Assembly (NCBI GenBank): GCA_965199715.1
Contig: OZ241322.1
Span: 608,001-672,000 of the forward strand
Direction of reading: 5' to 3'
Origin: Vicinamibacteria bacterium
Lineage (GTDB): Bacteria; Acidobacteriota; Vicinamibacteria; Marinacidobacterales; Marinacidobacteraceae
Length of the DNA: 64,000 bases
Positions 59,762-64,000 of the stretch are shown piece after piece. Made by a program: the position numbers and the translations under genes. The notes below the pieces were generated by a model, which was given only the letters and a program-made list of their open reading frames with translations, had not been told where the DNA came from and made no database searches. The stretch's first letter is position 1. Each line of letters opens with the position of its first letter.

Positions 59762-60119
59762 ATGAAGCAACCGCTCTGGCGTTGGCGCTCGCGCTGGGAG
59801 CGTTGGGACTCGTCGCCGCGCACGCCGCCAGCGCCGGATCCATCGGGTCCGGCGCGGGCAAGCTGACCCCGCGTACGCGCAGGGCAAGGCGCGGACCTAT
59901 CGGGAACTCGCCTGCGACCGCTGCCCGCTCATGCGCAACGAGCTGGACGGAGACCGGGCGATGGGCCTGGTCGCCAGCCTTGAGGCCGCGTACGACGGCG
60001 CAGGCGCCGGTTCCGCCGACGACGAGGCGGTGCAGGCCCTTTGCGGCGAGGGGGTCGAGGACTGCCAGCTCCGGATGGAGAAGGTCCACTACTTCCTGTC
60101 CCGCCGGTTCAAGCTCTGA
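59762..60119 (+). pseudogene. Tandem paralog of 59262..59654 with two frameshifts
   Basis: Colinear with copy 1 (ALALGALGLVAAHAA..GSIG.GAGK, RELACDRCP, VHYFLSRRF). Frame breaks near 59770 and 59872. Confidence 0.75.
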
Positions 60120-60127
60120 GGGAGATC

Positions 60128-60994
60128 ATGAAAACCATACGTATCGGCGCGGTCGTGGCGGCCGCGCTTCTGTCCCTGCCGGCCCACGCGGCCGCGCAGG
60201 GCACGCCGTGGATCGGCGAGCCCGGGACGGGCGCGGTCTCGCTCTACTTCAGTCGGCAGTCGGCCACCGAGTACTACCGCCTCGAGATCCGGCCGACTCC
60301 CGGAGACGGAGCGGTGCTCTCGCAGAACACCGGCTGGCTCGGGATCACCTACGCCCTTTCGGACGCGGTCTCCGTGGATCTCCTGTCCGGCCTCGCCCGC
60401 AGCCACATCCCCGGCGCGGTCGGCCCCACGACGCAGGAGAGCTTCAGCGGCCTCATCGACACGCACCTGAACGTCACGTGGCGCGTCTCCGACGAGCTGC
60501 TGACCGGGATGCCCAGCGTGGCGCTGAGCGCCGGCGTGATCGGGGCGGGACCGTACGAGACCGGTCACATCAACGCGCTCGGCGACGGCGGCAACGGCGT
60601 GCAGGGCTCGGTGGTCGTGGGCCAGTTCATCAATCGCGTGGGCTTCTCGGCGGAGGGCGGATACCGCTACCGCACCGAGAACATTCCGTCGGAGGTGTTC
60701 GTGAACCTGTCGGGATACCTCGCGGTGACCGAACAGCTCACGCTCATCGGCGATTTCCGCGTCATCAACTCTGCGGAGTCGGGCATCGAGATCGGCGGCG
60801 CGGGGTTCACGGCCGCCCGGTTCCCCGAAGTCGAGGAAGACATCGACCTGCTCGGCGCGCGCATGCTCCTCAACCTGACCGACGAGTTCGGGGTGAACGC
60901 CTTCTACGGCAAGGTGATCGACGGGCGGAACACGGCGGCGTCGCACATCTTCGGCGGCGGGATCACCCACACCTTCGGCTCGACCTTCGAATAG
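60128..60994 (+). CDS. Putative outer-membrane beta-barrel protein
   Basis: Signal peptide; alternating amphipathic strands; GDG motif; C-terminal GITHTF. Confidence 0.7.
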   Translation: MKTIRIGAVVAAALLSLPAHAAAQGTPWIGEPGTGAVSLYFSRQSATEYYRLEIRPTPGDGAVLSQNTGWLGITYALSDAVSVDLLSGLARSHIPGAVGPTTQESFSGLIDTHLNVTWRVSDELLTGMPSVALSAGVIGAGPYETGHINALGDGGNGVQGSVVVGQFINRVGFSAEGGYRYRTENIPSEVFVNLSGYLAVTEQLTLIGDFRVINSAESGIEIGGAGFTAARFPEVEEDIDLLGARMLLNLTDEFGVNAFYGKVIDGRNTAASHIFGGGITHTFGSTFE

Positions 60995-61004
60995 GCGGCT
61001 GGAC

Positions 61005-61832
61005 GTGAACGCCCGCTGGCGCCTCGCTGCCGCCGCCGGCGCGTTCGTCGCGCTCTCGTGCGGGGATCCTGCGCTCGACGCGGACGTCTCGTTCGCCGAC
61101 TCCAACGAGGCGAACCGGGCGTCCATCCCCCACGACGACTGGCAGGCGATCCTCGACGGATACCTGCATACCGGCGACGAGTCGGGAATCCACCTCTTCG
61201 ACTACGCCGGGCTCAAGGCCAGCGAGGCCGACCACGCCCGGCTGCGGAACTACCTGGAGTCGCTCCAGGCGCTCGATCCCCGCGAGTACCGGCGGGACGA
61301 GCAGATGGCGTACTGGATCAACTTCTACAACGCGCTCACCATCGAGGTCGTCCTGACGGAGTACCCGGTGGACTCGATCCGGGACATCTCCCGGAGCCTG
61401 ATCCCGCTCCAGGGGCCGTGGGGCGACGCCCGCGCGCAACTTCTCGGGCGCGACCTCACCCTCGACAACATCGAGCACGACATCCTGCGCCCGATCTGGA
61501 AGGATCCGAGAATCCACTACGCGGTCAACTGCGCGAGCATCGGGTGCCCGAACCTCGCGCCCATGGCGTTCACGGCGGATGCGCTGGAAGCGATGCTAGA
61601 CCAGGGCGCCCGGGACTACGTCAACCACCCCCGGGGCGTGGAGCTCATGGACGAGGCGTTCGGCGTGGCGTCGAGCATCTACACGTGGTTCGCCGAGGAC
61701 TTCGGCGGCGACGAGGCGGGCGTCATCGCGCACATCCTCGAGTACGCCGAGCCGGAGCTCGTCGAGCAGATCCGGGCCTTCGAGGGCGGGCTCGAGTACG
61801 ACTACGACTGGACGCTGAACGCCGCCCCCTGA
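61005..61832 (+). CDS. DUF547 family lipoprotein
   Basis: Lipobox ALSC; AYWINFYNALTI, LTLDNIEHDILR, DPRIHYAVNCASIGCP, YDYDWTLN. Confidence 0.93.
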   Translation: MNARWRLAAAAGAFVALSCGDPALDADVSFADSNEANRASIPHDDWQAILDGYLHTGDESGIHLFDYAGLKASEADHARLRNYLESLQALDPREYRRDEQMAYWINFYNALTIEVVLTEYPVDSIRDISRSLIPLQGPWGDARAQLLGRDLTLDNIEHDILRPIWKDPRIHYAVNCASIGCPNLAPMAFTADALEAMLDQGARDYVNHPRGVELMDEAFGVASSIYTWFAEDFGGDEAGVIAHILEYAEPELVEQIRAFEGGLEYDYDWTLNAAP

Positions 61833-61836
61833 GCCG

Positions 61837-62280
61837 GTGCTCCACGAGCGGCCGAGGGTCAGGCCCGACGACCGGTACTACTGGATCATCGCGGGATCGC
61901 CGCTCCTCGCGATCCCTCAAGCCGTAATCACGGCCGAGTACCCGGAGTGGTTGGAGCCGCAGATGGAGAGCCTCCACCCGCTCGGTGGCTCTCCTCCTGG
62001 CGTTCGCCCCGCTGTTCGCGCTTCCGTTCGTGGTCTTTGGCGTCGCCATCGCCGACCGGGGCGCTCTGCAGCAGGCCGGTTACGACACGAGCGGATGTTC
62101 CGCGCTCCGGGCATTCTTCCTGCCGCCGTTGCACCTCTGGAAACGAGCGCGGGTCGCCGGGCGGAACCACGCCGGCCTCCCCCTATGGGTGTTCCTCACT
62201 CTCGCCAAGAACTGGGTCCGGCGAAGCGCATTTCGAGGCGCGTCGCCCCCGCCGATCGAGTGGAACGCGGCAGGGCATGA
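61837..62280 (+). pseudogene. Membrane protein paralog of 62277..62696 with internally frameshifted segment
   Basis: PDDRYYW N-terminus is in the ORF frame, but the homologous DR..L..AGYDT.GC...PP..LW.RARVAG segment is in the +1 frame (about 61985-62200). Confidence 0.6.
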
Positions 62281-62696
62281 CTTCGCCGTTCCTCTCGCCG
62301 TCGCCGAAGCCGGACAACCGGCTTTATTGGGTGCTGGTCGCCTGGCCCGCCATCGCGGTCGCGCTCGCGGCGCTGCTCGCGTGGGACGGTCAGTGGAACA
62401 CGCCGGTCGGCGATCTCCTGTTGCTGGTCTGGATGTTCTACGCGCGGTTCGCCGTCGGCGTGCTCGATCGGGATCGGCTGGGTCGCGCCGGCTACGACAC
62501 GGCCGGGTGCTGGCCCTTCCTCGCTGCGCTCGCCCCGCCGGCGTACTTGTGGCGGCGGGCGCGGGTCGCCGGCCAGCGGTGGACGGGCCTCGCGCTGTAC
62601 CTGGCGCTCTGGCTCATCGCCCTCGCGCTTCCGGCGCCGGAGCGCCCTTCGCACACGCCGGACGCGATCGTGTACGCGACCGACGCCAGTCGATGA
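62277..62696 (+). CDS. Hypothetical membrane protein
   Basis: ATGA overlap; several TM segments; PPAYLWRRAR motif. Confidence 0.65.
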   Translation: MTSPFLSPSPKPDNRLYWVLVAWPAIAVALAALLAWDGQWNTPVGDLLLLVWMFYARFAVGVLDRDRLGRAGYDTAGCWPFLAALAPPAYLWRRARVAGQRWTGLALYLALWLIALALPAPERPSHTPDAIVYATDASR

Positions 62697-63909
62697 CGGC
62701 CGCGAGCGCGATCAGTCCGTACTCCACCGGCAGCACCCACGCCGGGTGACCAAACGGGTGGAGGCTCAGATCGTTCAGGTTCAGCCCGGTCAGGTAGGAC
62801 GCCAGCACCGCCCCCGAAGCGGTCCAAGCCCATAGCGACGGGCGGGCGACCGCGAACGGCAGCACGAAGAGTAGGTACCAGGGGTTCACCACCGGACCGA
62901 GCACGAGCAGCGCCCCGTACAGCCAGTCGCCCCGGGGCAGCGCGTCCGGATCCCGGCGGTGGCGGGCGAGGAGGACCGCGAAGACGGCGAGGAACGACAC
63001 GGCCCACAGCGCCCGGAGCGCCGAGTCGGGGACGACGCCCTCGAACGCCGCGAACACCGGCGCGTTGAACCGCCACTCCTGCACGAACACGCCGAGCGTG
63101 CCGAGGTCCGTCGCTCCCTTAAGCGCGAACGGCAGGTAGAGAAGGCCGAGCGCCGCGCCGAACGCGATCCAGGCGCGCAGCGGGGCGCGGATCAGCACGA
63201 AGGGGACGAGCGCCAGCGCGAGCGCCTTGGCGCCCACGGCCAGCGCGAGCGCGCCCCCCGCCCCGAGAAACCAACGTCGCCTCGCGAGGAGGATCGCCGC
63301 GAAGAGCAGGCAGACCGCGAGTCCGTCCGGATGCGCAGTGAACGCGATCTCCTTCACGACCAACGGCGAAAAGGCGTAGAGCAGCACCGCGCGCGCCGGC
63401 GCCAGCTTCAGCAGCAGCACGACGAGGAGCAGGTCGAACACGGCCAGCAGGATCTGCAGCCCGAGGATGCGGGCCGGAGTCATGAGGTGCGCGGCGAGGA
63501 ACGCAACCTGCGCCGTCGGCCCGTAGATGGTGGGAAGCTCCGGGTAGTTCACCTGATCGAGGAGCATCCGGAAGTCCTCGGGAACGTCGGGGTCGCCGAA
63601 CCACGCTTCGGGAGGCGATCCGTACGGGGTTCCGTCCTCGGCGAAGCGATAGCCGTCCCACAGATAGCGGAACCAGTCGTCCTCGAGGAACGGGCCGCCG
63701 GCGACGCCGATCAGCCGGAACGCGACCGCGTACGCGAACACCCGCCGGGCGGAGACTCCGCGTCCCAGGAAGAACGCCCCGACCCCGACCGCCTGAATCG
63801 CGAGCGCGATCCAAAGGAACGTCCATGCGCCCGGCTCGCCGGGCGAAACCGCGAGGACCGCGAATCCGGCGGCGGCGAGAAGCGCCGCCGCGTCCGTCAA
63901 GCGCGGCAA
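62614..63909 (-). CDS. GT-C polytopic glycosyltransferase (GT87/DUF2029-like)
   Basis: EDDWFRYLWDG, PTIYGP, SPLVVKE...HPD, WRFNA, PVVNPWY; many TM helices. Confidence 0.78.
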   Translation of the reverse strand: MPRLTDAAALLAAAGFAVLAVSPGEPGAWTFLWIALAIQAVGVGAFFLGRGVSARRVFAYAVAFRLIGVAGGPFLEDDWFRYLWDGYRFAEDGTPYGSPPEAWFGDPDVPEDFRMLLDQVNYPELPTIYGPTAQVAFLAAHLMTPARILGLQILLAVFDLLLVVLLLKLAPARAVLLYAFSPLVVKEIAFTAHPDGLAVCLLFAAILLARRRWFLGAGGALALAVGAKALALALVPFVLIRAPLRAWIAFGAALGLLYLPFALKGATDLGTLGVFVQEWRFNAPVFAAFEGVVPDSALRALWAVSFLAVFAVLLARHRRDPDALPRGDWLYGALLVLGPVVNPWYLLFVLPFAVARPSLWAWTASGAVLASYLTGLNLNDLSLHPFGHPAWVLPVEYGLIALAAVIDWRRSRTRSRPACAKGAPAPEARGR

Positions 63910-63914
63910 GTCCC

Positions 63915-64000
63915 TCAGCGCGGCCAGTCCCGGGCGGCGGGAAGCCCCGGCAGCGACTCGGCGGAGCGCACCGCGTCCAGCACCGCGCGGGCGACGACCT
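63915..64000 (-). CDS. 3' end of an unidentified CDS (truncated by window edge)
   Basis: Open frame ..VVARAVLDAVRSAESLPGLPAARDWPR-TGA ends 5 nt before the GT-C start. Confidence 0.45.
   Translation of the reverse strand, partial: VVARAVLDAVRSAESLPGLPAARDWPR

Noticed and set aside
1-64000. CRISPR array, rRNA or recognisable riboswitch
   Set aside because: No regularly spaced direct repeats or cas genes; intergenic spaces are short and none matched a motif I could recognise by eye.

Overview
Very GC-rich, gene-dense bacterial chromosomal window. The gene content is consistent with an Acidobacteriota-like diderm (inference only). It is mostly housekeeping: RND permease end, PepQ, glutaminyl cyclase, two SSS symporters, two TonB receptors, prfB with its programmed +1 frameshift, nfeD/slipin, greA, dnaK-dnaJ-hspR, a trpEG plus complete shikimate operon, tRNA-Ala(CGC), lolA, a secretin, mpl/LD-carboxypeptidase and rpsP-rimM-trmD-rplS. 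Highlights: (1) an exported peroxiredoxin with in-frame UGA at the peroxidatic position and downstream hairpins (probable selenoprotein); (2) aroB, aroA and an aroK-aroD-aroE fusion, coupled in exactly the domain order of the fungal AROM polypeptide; (3) a tRNA whose encoded CCA end shares its A with the probable lolA start codon; (4) an uncharacterised operon of tandem cytochrome-c-like CxxCP proteins, a beta-barrel and DUF547, facing a GT-C glycosyltransferase; (5) an AT-richer HEPN plus toxin-antitoxin islet; (6) a DnaC-like ATPase coupled to hspR; (7) recurrent -10-N7-start leaderless architecture; (8) several disrupted genes, including a tricorn protease with three different nonsense codons. 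No CRISPR array, rRNA, integrase or transposase was seen. Family assignments come from motif recognition by eye, not database searches.
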